From NCBI GenBank assembly GCA_035545955.1, contig DASZXI010000057.1, positions 63,280 through 95,279 on the forward strand: DNA of 32,000 nt. The letters run 5' to 3'. A model generated the notes under the pieces. The model was not told where the DNA came from, ran no database searches, and was given only the letters and a program-made list of their open reading frames with translations. The translations under genes and the position numbers were made by a program. Position 1 is the first letter of the stretch; every line of letters begins with the position of its first letter. The stretch is from Candidatus Didemnitutus sp. GTDB lineage: Bacteria; Verrucomicrobiota; Verrucomicrobiia; Opitutales; Opitutaceae. This document shows, piece by piece, positions 8,206 to 17,901 of the stretch.

Positions 8206-10011
8206 ATGTCGAAGGGGTTCGCCTCCAATGTCCGCATGACGCTTCTGGCGATCAGCGTCCTGACCTGCTTTCTCGGGATCGCGGTCCGCCTGTTTTTCCT
8301 GCACGTCTACGATCGCGACGAGCTGCTGCACTTTGTCGAGAAGGCCCGCCGCCAGATCGTGGTCGACCACGCCCGGCGCGGCGCCATCCTCGACACCAAG
8401 GGCAATCTGCTCGCCACGAGCCGGACGTTCGTGGTCGTCGGCGCCGACCCGGAGATGCTCCAGGACGCCGACCAGCGCCGCTGGCCGGATCTCGCCCGCC
8501 TGCTGAACCTGCCGGAGACCCAGGTCGACAACGCCCTGCGTCGCGGCATGGCCGCCAGCAAGCTGGCGCAGTCCGCGCCCGCGGCCAGCGGCGAATCCGA
8601 GCGCCGCGTGCGCTGGGTCAAGCTGGCCGAGGAAGTGGACGAACGCGTCTACGACCAGATTGCCGCGTTGAATATCCACGGCGTGTACGGTCAGCGCGGC
8701 TACAAGCGCGTTTACCCGGACGGCGAACTCGCCGCACACGTGCTCGGTTTCGTGAATCGCGAAGGTTCCTCGGTTACCGGCGCCGAGCGGCATTTCGACC
8801 TCTACCTGCGCGGCCAGGATGGCTGGATCGAGTCCGAGAAGGACGGCGCGCGCCGCGAATTGGCGCAGTTTCGTTCGCGCGAGGTGCCGGTCCGCAACGG
8901 CGACGATGTCGTGCTGACAATCGACGCGGTCGTGCAGCATCTGATCGAGGAGGAGCTGCACACGATCGCCACCAAGTTCGATCCCCATTTCGCCACCATC
9001 ATCGTGAGCGATCCGCAGACGGGCCGGATCCTCGGCATGGCGAACTATCCGACCTTCGATCCGAACGATTTCGGCAAGGTGTCCGCGGATGCCCTGCGCA
9101 ACTACGCGGTCACTGACATCATCGAGCCGGGTTCAACCTTCAAGATCGTCGCGGCCGGCGCCGCGCTCGACCAGGGGCTGGTGACGCCGAACACGGTTTT
9201 CGACTGCGGCAATCCGTATATTACCTACAAGGGAAAGCAGCTCCATCTGCCCAAGGAGGACGAGCCGTTCGGCAACCTGAATGTGGCCGACATTGTGGCG
9301 CACTCGAGCAATCGCGGCGCGGCTCAGCTCGCCATGCTCATGGGCGAGCAGAAATTCTACGACTACGCCAAACGCTACGGTTTCGGAGCGTCGACCGATT
9401 TTGAACTGGGTGGGGAAGTGCGCGGCATTCTCGAGCCGCCGGAAAAGTGGGACGGCCTCACCATCACCCGCATGCCGATGGGTCACTCGGTGGCCGCAAC
9501 GCCGTTGCAGATTCACATGGCGATGAGCGCCGTGGCGAACGGCGGCACACTGCTCCGACCCCAGATCATCCGCGAGATTCGCGATCCCGAGGGCAACGTC
9601 ATTCGCAGCTTTGCGCCCGAGGTGCGCGGCCAGGTGTTGCGTCCCAGCACGGCCGCCCTGCTGGCCAGTCTGCTGACCCGCGTCGTCACCGAGGGCACGG
9701 CGAAGGGCAATGAAATCCCGGGCTTCGAAGTCGCCGGCAAGACGGGCACCACGGAAAAGCTGGTCAACGGTCACTACGTCAACAACCGCCATGTCTCCTC
9801 TTTCGTCGGATTTTTCCCGGCCTCGCGCCCGCAGGTCGTGCTTTCGGTGATCGTGGACGACGCCAAACTGCCCGGCGGCGCCATTGCGTACGGTCGCGCC
9901 GTCGCGGCGCCGTCGTTCAAGCACGTCGCCGAGCAACTGATCCAGTATCTCGACATTTCACCCGTCCAGGCGCCCGACCGCGGGCTGTTGGCGTTGGGAG
10001 GTGCCCGGTGA
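8206..10011 (+). CDS. ftsI: peptidoglycan D,D-transpeptidase FtsI (class B PBP)
   Basis: 601 aa. N-terminal TM helix, PBP dimerisation domain, and transpeptidase motifs STFK (GSTFKIV), SSN (HSSNRG) and KTGT (AGKTGTTEK). Confidence 0.93.
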   Translation: MSKGFASNVRMTLLAISVLTCFLGIAVRLFFLHVYDRDELLHFVEKARRQIVVDHARRGAILDTKGNLLATSRTFVVVGADPEMLQDADQRRWPDLARLLNLPETQVDNALRRGMAASKLAQSAPAASGESERRVRWVKLAEEVDERVYDQIAALNIHGVYGQRGYKRVYPDGELAAHVLGFVNREGSSVTGAERHFDLYLRGQDGWIESEKDGARRELAQFRSREVPVRNGDDVVLTIDAVVQHLIEEELHTIATKFDPHFATIIVSDPQTGRILGMANYPTFDPNDFGKVSADALRNYAVTDIIEPGSTFKIVAAGAALDQGLVTPNTVFDCGNPYITYKGKQLHLPKEDEPFGNLNVADIVAHSSNRGAAQLAMLMGEQKFYDYAKRYGFGASTDFELGGEVRGILEPPEKWDGLTITRMPMGHSVAATPLQIHMAMSAVANGGTLLRPQIIREIRDPEGNVIRSFAPEVRGQVLRPSTAALLASLLTRVVTEGTAKGNEIPGFEVAGKTGTTEKLVNGHYVNNRHVSSFVGFFPASRPQVVLSVIVDDAKLPGGAIAYGRAVAAPSFKHVAEQLIQYLDISPVQAPDRGLLALGGAR

Positions 10012-10112
10012 TAGGTTATCTTCGGCCCAACTACCCGCTGGTTGCCGCCTTTCGCTCCCTGCCCCCCGCGCGCTCCCGCGCCGCGGCCCGCCTCTCGACC
10101 GGAATCTTCAAA

Positions 10113-11600
10113 ATGGCCCCCAAGCTCTCGGACTACTTCCCCGACGGAGAAATCGTCGCCAGCAAGGGCGACCGTGACCGCCCGATTTCCGGGCTGGCCA
10201 TGGACAGCCGGCGCGTGATGGCCGGCAACCTGTTCTTCGCGTTGCCCGGACGGCGCGCTGATGGCAGCTCGTTCATCGACGAAGCCATCAACCGTGGCGC
10301 CGTGGCGATCGTCACCGAGAAGATTCCCGCCGCGACCGCGGCGCGCGTCACGTACCTTCAGGTGGCCGATGCCCGCCGTTCGCTCGCGCGGGTGGCGCAG
10401 CGCTACTTCAGTTTTCCCGATCGCGCGCTCGAGCTCATCGGCGTGACCGGCACCAACGGCAAGACCACCGTCACCAATCTCGTGAAGCACCTGCTGTCGA
10501 CCCCGGCGCAGCGCGTCGGCCTGATCGGCACGGTCAACTACGACCTCGGGGCGCGCATCGTGCCCTCGTATCGCACGACACCGGAATCGCTCGAACTTTT
10601 TGGCATGCTGGCCCAGATGCGAGACGCCGGCTGCAAGCAGGCGGTGATGGAGGTCAGCTCGCACGGCATTGACCAGCATCGCGTCCTCGGCATGCAGTTC
10701 CGGGTCGCGGTGTTTACCAACCTGACCCGCGATCACCTCGATTACCACAAGACCCTCGAGGCGTATTTCGAGGTGAAAAGTCGGCTGTTTCGCGGCGGAG
10801 TCGGCCCGATGCCGAAAGCGGCGGTGGTGAATCTCGACGACCCCTACGGCCGCCAACTCGCGGCGTCGATTCCGGCCGGCGTGAATCTGATCACCTTTGG
10901 CGAATCCGCCGGCGCGACGCTGCGCGCGGAGGCGATCGAACTCGGATTCAAAGGTACGAAATTCCGCCTCGTGTGGGCCGGAGGCGCGGCGGAGGTCGAG
11001 AGCCCGCTGATCGGTCGCTACAACCTCAGCAATCTGCTCGCCGCCTTTGCGACCTGTTTGGCGATGGGACGCGAACTGTCGCCGCTCGTTCCCCGTCTGC
11101 AGTCGTTTCCCGGCGTGCCCGGACGCATGGAACGGATCGAGGAGGGACAGCCCTACAACGTGCTCGTCGACTACGCGCACACCGACGACGCGCTGCGCAA
11201 CGCACTCGGCATGCTGCGCGCGATCACGCCCGGTCGGCTATTGGTCGTCTTCGGCTGCGGCGGCAACCGCGATCGCACCAAGCGGCCGCTGATGACGAAG
11301 GCCGTCCAGGAATTTGCGGACGACACGTGGGCGACTGCGGACAATCCCCGTTCGGAAGCGCTCGCGCAGATTTTTGCCGACATGAAGGGCGGCGTTTCCG
11401 CGCCGGACAAGATCACCTTCGTCGACGACCGCCGTCGTGCACTCAGCCTGGCGTTGGACGCGGCGCGGCCGGGCGACTGCCTGCTGGTGGCGGGCAAGGG
11501 ACACGAAACGTACCAGGAATTTGCCGACACCATCGTCCCCTTCGACGACCGCCAGGTCGTGCGCGAACTGATCGGGATCAAGAAGATCAAACCGGTCTGA
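10113..11600 (+). CDS. murE: UDP-N-acetylmuramoyl-L-alanyl-D-glutamate--2,6-diaminopimelate ligase
   Basis: ISGLAMDSRRVMAGNLFFALPG, P-loop GVTGTNGKTT, DNPRSE motif (TADNPRSEA), GKGHE. The ORF track begins at GTG 10008 (GTGA overlap with ftsI). ATG 10113 gives a typical MurE N-terminus, so the start is uncertain. Confidence 0.92.
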   Translation: MAPKLSDYFPDGEIVASKGDRDRPISGLAMDSRRVMAGNLFFALPGRRADGSSFIDEAINRGAVAIVTEKIPAATAARVTYLQVADARRSLARVAQRYFSFPDRALELIGVTGTNGKTTVTNLVKHLLSTPAQRVGLIGTVNYDLGARIVPSYRTTPESLELFGMLAQMRDAGCKQAVMEVSSHGIDQHRVLGMQFRVAVFTNLTRDHLDYHKTLEAYFEVKSRLFRGGVGPMPKAAVVNLDDPYGRQLAASIPAGVNLITFGESAGATLRAEAIELGFKGTKFRLVWAGGAAEVESPLIGRYNLSNLLAAFATCLAMGRELSPLVPRLQSFPGVPGRMERIEEGQPYNVLVDYAHTDDALRNALGMLRAITPGRLLVVFGCGGNRDRTKRPLMTKAVQEFADDTWATADNPRSEALAQIFADMKGGVSAPDKITFVDDRRRALSLALDAARPGDCLLVAGKGHETYQEFADTIVPFDDRQVVRELIGIKKIKPV

Positions 11601-11609
11601 TCCGCTCCC

Positions 11610-12983
11610 ATGCCCCGCTTTGTTCCTGAGAAACTCGCCGCCTGGACGGGCGGTCATTGGACCCACCTTCCGGGACGCGAGTTGACGGGATTCAACCAGG
11701 ATACCCGCCTGCTCGGTCCCGGCCAGGTGTTCGTGGCGCTCCGGACGGGCAAGCGCGACGGGCACGACTTTCTGGGCGACGCCGCGGCGCGCGGCGCGGC
11801 GGCGGCCCTGGTCGCGCGGGAAATCCCCGGCTCCCAACTGGCCCAACTGGTCGTCGCGGATCCCCTCGCGGCTTTTCAGCGGATCGCGCGGGAGGTCCGG
11901 CGGGAATTTCACGGCCTGGTGATCGGGATTTCGGGCAGTGCGGGCAAGACGTCGACCAAGGAACTGCTCGCCCGCCTGTTGGGCGGAGCGCCGGGAATTT
12001 TTGCGACCGAGGGCAATCTGAACAATCACATCGGAGTCCCGTTGACCCTCACGCGGCTCGATCCCGAGGTGCATCGAGCGGCGGTCGTGGAGGCCGGCAT
12101 CAACATGCCGGACGAGATGGAGATTCTCGCCGGGATGATCGAACCCGACCACTCGGTGATCACCCTCGTCGGTCCGGCCCACCTGGAAAAACTTGGTTCG
12201 CTCGACGGCGTGGCCACCGAGAAGGCGAAATTGCCCGCGGCAAACCGTCCCGGAGGGCTCGCCGTCTTTCCGGTGGGGTGCTGGGCGTACGAGTCGTTCC
12301 GGTCGCTGGCCAATCCGCTGGTCCTCGTGCCGGCAAATGAGGACATGATTCGCGTCACGGCTCCTTCCGTGCGATTCGTCGTCCTGCACCGTCCGGGGCG
12401 CACCGAGATCACGCTCGACGACAAGCGAAAGTTCATTTTGCGGCGGGTGTCGGGCGGCATGGCGCAAAACGCGGCGCTGGCCCTGACGCTGGCTTCCCGA
12501 CTTGGGGTGACCGATGCGGACCTGCAGAAACGCCTCGAGGACTGGCAGCCGGCCAAGTGGCGCGGCGAATTGCAGCAGGTCGGCGACGCGCTCATCTACG
12601 CCGATTTCTACAATGCCAATCCCGCGTCGATGACGGATGCGATCACCGCGTTCGGCGGCATGGTCCGTCCGGAGCTGCCACGACTCTACGTGCTCGGTTG
12701 CATGGAGGAGCTTGGGACCGGTTCGAAGGAATATCATCGTCAGCTGGGGCGGACCGTCCTGCTCCGTCCCGGGGATTTTCTCTTCGTCATCGGCGACCAG
12801 GCCGAGGCGGTGCGCGGCGGATTGCTCGAGAACGGCAACGACCCCGCGCGCATTTCCGTGGTCTCCGAAGTCGCTCCGATTCGCGAGCGTCTTTCGCATT
12901 TCAAAGGCGCGGTTTTTCTCAAGGCCAGCCGGCGTTACCAGCTGGAGACCGTGCTCAACCCGGAGGCCGCCGCGGCGCACTGA
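11610..12983 (+). CDS. murF: UDP-N-acetylmuramoyl-tripeptide--D-alanyl-D-alanine ligase
   Basis: 457 aa. QDTRLLGPGQVFVAL, P-loop GISGSAGKTSTKE, NLNNHIGVPLTL. Canonical position after murE. Confidence 0.92.
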   Translation: MPRFVPEKLAAWTGGHWTHLPGRELTGFNQDTRLLGPGQVFVALRTGKRDGHDFLGDAAARGAAAALVAREIPGSQLAQLVVADPLAAFQRIAREVRREFHGLVIGISGSAGKTSTKELLARLLGGAPGIFATEGNLNNHIGVPLTLTRLDPEVHRAAVVEAGINMPDEMEILAGMIEPDHSVITLVGPAHLEKLGSLDGVATEKAKLPAANRPGGLAVFPVGCWAYESFRSLANPLVLVPANEDMIRVTAPSVRFVVLHRPGRTEITLDDKRKFILRRVSGGMAQNAALALTLASRLGVTDADLQKRLEDWQPAKWRGELQQVGDALIYADFYNANPASMTDAITAFGGMVRPELPRLYVLGCMEELGTGSKEYHRQLGRTVLLRPGDFLFVIGDQAEAVRGGLLENGNDPARISVVSEVAPIRERLSHFKGAVFLKASRRYQLETVLNPEAAAAH

Positions 12984-13054
12984 AATGTCTCGCGACCTCA
13001 CGCCAATGTCCCGGGTCGAACTCCCGACCGCCACAAAGAGGGGAGGGCTGGTCC

Positions 13055-14170
13055 GTGCTTAGCTATCTTTCAGAGTTCGCCGGCTCGTGGGGCCCACTGC
13101 GCCTGTTTGCATCGCACATCTTCCGGATCGTGATGGCGACGGGCACCGCCCTCGTGATCGGTTTCGTCATCGGTCCGTGGCTGATCCGGCGCTTCCGGGA
13201 ATTGAAATTCGGTCACGGCTACATCGACGAGCGGACCGGCGCGCTCGGCGCCACCTACTTCGACAAGAAGCACACGCCGACGATGGGTGGCCTGATCATT
13301 TTCATCTCGGTCTTCGTGAGTTCGGTGCTTTGGGCCGAGCCGAATGTTTGGGTTTTCGTCGCCCTGTTTGTCTACACGGCGCTGACGATTCCCGGCTGGC
13401 GCGACGACTACCTGAAGGTCGTCCACAAGAACAAGGACGGCATCAAGTCGTGGGAAAAGATCGGCTGGCAGTCGCTCGCCACGCTGGTTGCCCTCGGCGT
13501 GCTGCTCTGGCACCCGGCGAGTTCGCAAAAAATTCGCGAACTGTGGATCCCGTTCCTGAAAACCGCGGTGATCCCGCACATGCACTGGGCGCTGCTGCTC
13601 GTGCTGATCTATTTCTGGATCGTTGGCTTCAGCAACGCGATCAACCTGACCGACGGCCTCGACGGCCTCGCGGTCGGCTGCACGATCACGGTCGCCCTGG
13701 TGTTCGCCATCATGGCGTACGTGGCCGACAACAGCGTCGCGTCCCAGTACCTGCTGCTCAGCTACGTGCCCGGCACGAGCGAACTCAGCGTGGTTTGCGG
13801 TGCGTTGATCGGCGCGTGCATGGCGTTCCTGTGGTTCAACTCGCATCCCGCCGAAGTCTTCATGGGCGACACGGGCTCGCTCGCGCTTGGCGGACTCATC
13901 GGCGTGATGGCCTTCATGATCCACCAACCGTTCACACTGGTGATCGTCGGTGGCGTGTTCGTGCTCGAGGCGCTCTCGGTCATCCTGCAGGTCGGCTGGT
14001 TCAAATTCACCCGTCGCCGCACCGGAACGGGCCGGCGCATCTTCCTGATGGCGCCGCTCCACCATCATTTTCAGAAGCGCGGCTGGCCCGAGACGAAGGT
14101 CGTCCTGCGCTTCTGGGTCCTTTCCCTCGGCTTCGCCCTCGCGGGTCTGGCCACCCTCAAACTCCGCTAA
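13055..14170 (+). CDS. mraY: phospho-N-acetylmuramoyl-pentapeptide-transferase
   Basis: 371 aa from GTG 13055, preceded by purine-rich GAGGGGAGGG. Polytopic membrane protein with NAINLTDGLDGLA, GDTGSLALGG and APLHHHF motifs. The extension to 12557 in the ORF track overlaps murF. Confidence 0.94.
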   Translation: MLSYLSEFAGSWGPLRLFASHIFRIVMATGTALVIGFVIGPWLIRRFRELKFGHGYIDERTGALGATYFDKKHTPTMGGLIIFISVFVSSVLWAEPNVWVFVALFVYTALTIPGWRDDYLKVVHKNKDGIKSWEKIGWQSLATLVALGVLLWHPASSQKIRELWIPFLKTAVIPHMHWALLLVLIYFWIVGFSNAINLTDGLDGLAVGCTITVALVFAIMAYVADNSVASQYLLLSYVPGTSELSVVCGALIGACMAFLWFNSHPAEVFMGDTGSLALGGLIGVMAFMIHQPFTLVIVGGVFVLEALSVILQVGWFKFTRRRTGTGRRIFLMAPLHHHFQKRGWPETKVVLRFWVLSLGFALAGLATLKLR

Positions 14171-14181
14171 CCTCAATCCCC

Positions 14182-14388
14182 ATGCCCATCGACCACAGTT
14201 TCGAGAGAACGCCCAGCTTTCGCGATCTGACCCAGACCGGCCTGCTGCTGTTGAGCAATCCCGTTGTCCGCTCGCTGCGGAAACTGCGCGAGTTGCGCGC
14301 CGGCGCCCCCGCGGCCGTCCCAGTCATGGTCCACGCCAAGTCTTCCAAACGCTTTCGTAGGAGCCCGCTGCCAGGTTCTTTATCTTAA
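14182..14388 (+). CDS. candidate small ORF (68 aa) in the mraY-murD gap, hypothetical
   Basis: ATG 14182, 12 nt after the mraY stop. MPIDHSFERTPSFRDLTQTGLLLLSNPVVRSLRKLRELRAGAPAAVPVMVHAKSSKRFRRSPLPGSLS. GC3 is high over about the first 50 codons and decays at the 3' end. No recognisable family and no clear RBS. Confidence 0.3.
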   Translation: MPIDHSFERTPSFRDLTQTGLLLLSNPVVRSLRKLRELRAGAPAAVPVMVHAKSSKRFRRSPLPGSLS

Positions 14389-14468
14389 TCACCGGAACCA
14401 AACCTTATTTCTGGCTGCGGGTTCCTACCTTCCTTTACACCGCCGACATTCGACTCACGTTGACCTCC

Positions 14469-15737
14469 ATGGTGCAGAGCTCCCTTCCCACCGCCGTCGC
14501 CGCGCTACTGGAGCGACCGGTCGCCATCTTCGGCGCCGGCGTCAGCGGCGCGGGCGTGCAGACGCTGCTCGCGTCGGTGGGCGCGGAGGGATCGATTTAC
14601 GATGAGCGCGCGGACGGACCGACGCGCGCGTTTTCTTCCCGCGACGCGGCGCGCCATGGTCTCGTGGTCTACAGTCCCGGATTTCCGCCCGAGCATCGCT
14701 GGCTGATGACGGCGCTCGACGCCGGCTGCGTTTGTCTCGGGGAACTCGATTTCGCCTCCTTGTTCTGGAAGGGCGAAATCATCGCCATCACCGGCACGAA
14801 CGGAAAGACGACGCTCACCGAATTTCTCGCGCACGCGCTGAATTCGATTGGCACACGCGCGCATGCCACGGGCAACGTCGGCTATCCCTTCAGCCGCCTG
14901 GTTGTCGAGCACCCCGACGACGTCGTCGCCGTCTGCGAGGTGAGTTCCTTTCAGGCCGAGACGCTCATGCACCTTCGGCCGACGGCGACCCTGTGGACGA
15001 ATTTCGCGGAGGATCATCTCGAGCGTCATCCCGATTTGAACGCCTATTTTGCCGCGAAATGGAGGCTCGTGGAACGCACGCCCTCGGGCGGCGTCCTGGC
15101 CGGTCCTTCGGTGCAGCGTTTCTGCCGTCTTAGCCGGCGGACGCTGCGCAGCACAGCTTTAGTCGAGACGGAAAACCTGCCCGCGGACCCGGAGCTCGCG
15201 GGCACTGTTTTCGCGACCTATCCGCAGCGGGAGAATTTCGTCCTCGCCGCCGCGTGGTGGGAAAGACGCGAATTGCCGCTGCCCGCCCTGTACGCCGCGG
15301 CGCGAAGCTTTCGTGCGGGGCCGCACCGGCTGGCCCGGGTCGCCGAGAAGGACGGCGTGACCTACTGGAACGACTCGAAGGCCACGAATTTTCACGCCGT
15401 GGAGGCGGCGCTTGCGACATTTGACGCGCCCGTGCTCTGGATCGGGGGCGGCAAGGCGAAGGGCGGCGACCTGGCCGGCTTCATTCGCCGGATCGCGCAT
15501 CACCTCCGCCACGCCTATTTGATCGGCGAGACCAAGCCGCTGCTCGCCGCGTTTTGCCAGAGCAACGGCGTTCCGGCGACGACCTGCGCGACGCTCGCCG
15601 AGGCCGTTGCCGCGGCCCGTTCAGCCGCCCGGAAAGGCGATCAGGTCCTGCTCAGCCCGGGCTTCGCGAGCTTCGACATGTTTCGGGGTTACGATGATCG
15701 TGGAAAGCAGTTCGAAACCCTTGTGGAAAACCTGTGA
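14469..15737 (+). CDS. murD: UDP-N-acetylmuramoylalanine--D-glutamate ligase
   Basis: VAIFGAGVSGAGV Rossmann N-terminus, P-loop ITGTNGKTT, NDSKATN. The ORF track starts at TTG 14460; ATG 14469 is preferred. Confidence 0.92.
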   Translation: MVQSSLPTAVAALLERPVAIFGAGVSGAGVQTLLASVGAEGSIYDERADGPTRAFSSRDAARHGLVVYSPGFPPEHRWLMTALDAGCVCLGELDFASLFWKGEIIAITGTNGKTTLTEFLAHALNSIGTRAHATGNVGYPFSRLVVEHPDDVVAVCEVSSFQAETLMHLRPTATLWTNFAEDHLERHPDLNAYFAAKWRLVERTPSGGVLAGPSVQRFCRLSRRTLRSTALVETENLPADPELAGTVFATYPQRENFVLAAAWWERRELPLPALYAAARSFRAGPHRLARVAEKDGVTYWNDSKATNFHAVEAALATFDAPVLWIGGGKAKGGDLAGFIRRIAHHLRHAYLIGETKPLLAAFCQSNGVPATTCATLAEAVAAARSAARKGDQVLLSPGFASFDMFRGYDDRGKQFETLVENL

Positions 15738-15791
15738 ATAACCTCCATTTTTAGATAGCAAATCCCCAATCGTGTTACTCATATTCCCGCC

Positions 15792-16727
15792 ATGAAAATC
15801 CTTCAGATCTTCGGAGCAGTGGTTGCCGTGCACCTGCTCGCGTTTATCGTCATTTTCGCCAGCCCAGGATGCCAGTCCTCGCCCCGCAACGTTCCAACCC
15901 CGGACGCCACCATGCCGTCCGCCGCGGCCGCTCCGGCCTCGCCCGCGCCGACTTACGCGGAGCCGCCTCCGACCACGGTTACCACGGTGGCCTACAACGG
16001 CGATGCCGCCGGCGGTCATGTCGAGCCCACGCGGCCCGGCTCGCCGAACGCGGCGGCGCTCACGCCCCCGCCGACACCGGTGGAAAATGTCGCGCCCGTT
16101 TCAACCTACACCGTGCAGAAGGGTGACAGCCTGTGGAGCATCGCGAAGAAGAATCACCTGACGATCAGCGAGCTCACCAAGGCCAACAATCTCGGTGCGG
16201 GCGCGACGCTGCAGCCGGGCAAGAAGCTCATCATTCCCAGCAAGGCGCTCACCAGCGCTCCGTCCGACCTCGCCACGGCTCCGGCCACTTCGCATCCTGA
16301 ATCCGAGAAGGCGGCGACGCACCAGGCCGGCATCGAAACGGTCAAGCACACCGTGATCGCCGGAGAGACTCTCAGGTCGATTGCACACAAGTACGGCGTG
16401 AAATCCGGCGATCTCGCCGCCGCCAACGGCCTGACGGGTCCCGACAAGGTTCACGCCGGACAGGTGCTGACGATTCCGGTGGCGAAGGCGTCGTCCAAGA
16501 GCGCAAATTCGAAGACGGGGACAAAATCCGCTCCTCCGGCCGCGACGACCGCGGCCGCGAACAAATCGGCCACTCCGTCGGATGCCTCGCTGACGCCTCA
16601 TTTCGACCTGTCGCCGCCACCGGCCAACCAGGATCTCGACTCCGGTCTCAAAACCGGAACGGCCACGGATGTGCCGACCATCAAGGTCGACGACACCACC
16701 AAGACGGACGATCCCAACAAGAAGTAA
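15792..16727 (+). CDS. membrane-anchored protein with two LysM peptidoglycan-binding domains
   Basis: 311 aa. Hydrophobic N-terminus MKILQIFGAVVAVHLLAFIVIFASPGC, then a Pro/Ala/Thr-rich linker. LysM1 is YTVQKGDSLWSIAKKNHLTISELTKANNL...LQPGKKLIIP (about nt 16107-16238). LysM2 is HTVIAGETLRSIAHKYGVKSGDLAAANGL...VHAGQVLTIP (about nt 16347-16478). Low-complexity S/T/A/K/P tail. Confidence 0.85.
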   Translation: MKILQIFGAVVAVHLLAFIVIFASPGCQSSPRNVPTPDATMPSAAAAPASPAPTYAEPPPTTVTTVAYNGDAAGGHVEPTRPGSPNAAALTPPPTPVENVAPVSTYTVQKGDSLWSIAKKNHLTISELTKANNLGAGATLQPGKKLIIPSKALTSAPSDLATAPATSHPESEKAATHQAGIETVKHTVIAGETLRSIAHKYGVKSGDLAAANGLTGPDKVHAGQVLTIPVAKASSKSANSKTGTKSAPPAATTAAANKSATPSDASLTPHFDLSPPPANQDLDSGLKTGTATDVPTIKVDDTTKTDDPNKK

Positions 16728-16740
16728 GCCGAGCGAATCC

Positions 16741-17901
16741 ATGGCGACCACGTCGAGCGCCGGTCCCCGCCGCCATCTGACCATCACGCCCGCGGGCGTC
16801 ATTCTGGTGTGTGTGGCCGCGCTCGTCGCCATTGGGCTCGCCGTTCTGTTCAGCGCGAGCTCGGCCGCCAAGGGCGGTCCGACCACGTATCTCTATAAAC
16901 AGCTGATTTTTCTTGGACTCGCCATCGGCGCCGGCTGGCTGGTCGACCGGCTCGACCTGGAGCAGATGCGTCGGTTCGCCTGGGTCGCGGGAGTGGTTGC
17001 GCTGGCCGGACTTCTCATCGTGCTCATTCCGCACATCGGCATCACGGTCAAGGGCAGCCGCCGCTGGGTCGGACTGGGCGGCGTCCGGCTGCAGGTCTCG
17101 GAATTTGCCAAGCTCGCGATGGTGTTCTCGCTGTCGCACTATCTCGCCCTCAATCAAAACCGGCTGTATGATTTCTGGAAGGGCTTTGCCGTGCCGATCG
17201 CGTGGTGCGGCGCCTTTGCGGTGCTGATCCTGGCGGAGCCGGATTTCGGCACCGCCCTTTTGACCGCGGGCGTCGGATTCATCCTGCTGTATCTTGCGGG
17301 CGGCCGCCTCAAGTTCATCCTGCCGTCAATCGCCCTGGGTCTGAGCGGATTCGTCCTGCTCGTGCTCCACAATCCGAACCGCCTGCGACGCATCACCGCG
17401 TTTCTCGATGTCGAGGCCAACCGCAGCGAAGGCTCGTATCAGCTCTGGCAGGCGATGCTCGGCTTCGCCGCCGGCGGCGTGGGCGGGGTGGGTTTGGGCA
17501 ATGGCCGCCAACAGAACTATTTCATGCCCGAGCCGCATACCGACTTCATCTTTGCGGTGCTGGGCGAGGAGCTTGGACTCGTCTTCACGATTCTGGTGGT
17601 GGCGCTCTTCGTGACGATCTTCGTGGCGGGATTGCTGCACGTGCGGCGCGCGCCCAACCTATTTCAGTTCCTGCTCGTGACGGGCTGCCTGCTGCTGATC
17701 TGCCTGCAGTCGATCGTGAATCTGTTTGTGGTCACGGGCATGATGCCGACCAAGGGCATGTCGCTCCCGTTCCTCAGCGCCGGTGGATCCAACCTGATCC
17801 TGATGGGCCTGCTGGTCGGCGTGATCGTCAACACCGCGCGTTCGTGGGAACGTCCTCGCCCGTTGGTCCGTCCGCGGGCGCTGGCGGAGGTGGTCGCATG
17901 A
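16741..17901 (+). CDS. ftsW: peptidoglycan glycosyltransferase FtsW (SEDS family)
   Basis: 386 aa from ATG 16741. Polytopic. SEDS motifs EPDFGTALL and PEPHTDFIFAVLGEELG, plus PTKGMSLPFLSAGGS. Confidence 0.92.
   Translation: MATTSSAGPRRHLTITPAGVILVCVAALVAIGLAVLFSASSAAKGGPTTYLYKQLIFLGLAIGAGWLVDRLDLEQMRRFAWVAGVVALAGLLIVLIPHIGITVKGSRRWVGLGGVRLQVSEFAKLAMVFSLSHYLALNQNRLYDFWKGFAVPIAWCGAFAVLILAEPDFGTALLTAGVGFILLYLAGGRLKFILPSIALGLSGFVLLVLHNPNRLRRITAFLDVEANRSEGSYQLWQAMLGFAAGGVGGVGLGNGRQQNYFMPEPHTDFIFAVLGEELGLVFTILVVALFVTIFVAGLLHVRRAPNLFQFLLVTGCLLLICLQSIVNLFVVTGMMPTKGMSLPFLSAGGSNLILMGLLVGVIVNTARSWERPRPLVRPRALAEVVA

Noticed and set aside
13005-13030. tRNA-like T-arm look-alike CGGGTCGAACTCCCG in the murF-mraY spacer
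   Set aside because: The spacer is only 71 nt. No acceptor, D or anticodon arms can be built, and the loop lacks the TTC consensus. It is not a tRNA.
6099-13034. Long minus-strand ORFs (6099-7304, 6764-7612, 7582-8988, 9133-9936, 9774-11180, 11238-13034) antisense to mraZ-murF
   Set aside because: They mirror strongly supported + strand genes. Their translations are Arg/Ala/Gly/Asp-rich without motifs. They exist because stop codons are rare in GC-rich antisense frames.
12557-13054. Long N-terminal extensions suggested by the ORF track for mraY (12557), murG (17202), ddl (20962), ftsQ (22071), ftsZ (24072) and the VOC protein (4232)
   Set aside because: The extensions overlap the preceding genes in other frames and are Arg-rich. 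Internal starts give canonical family N-termini and tight gene junctions.
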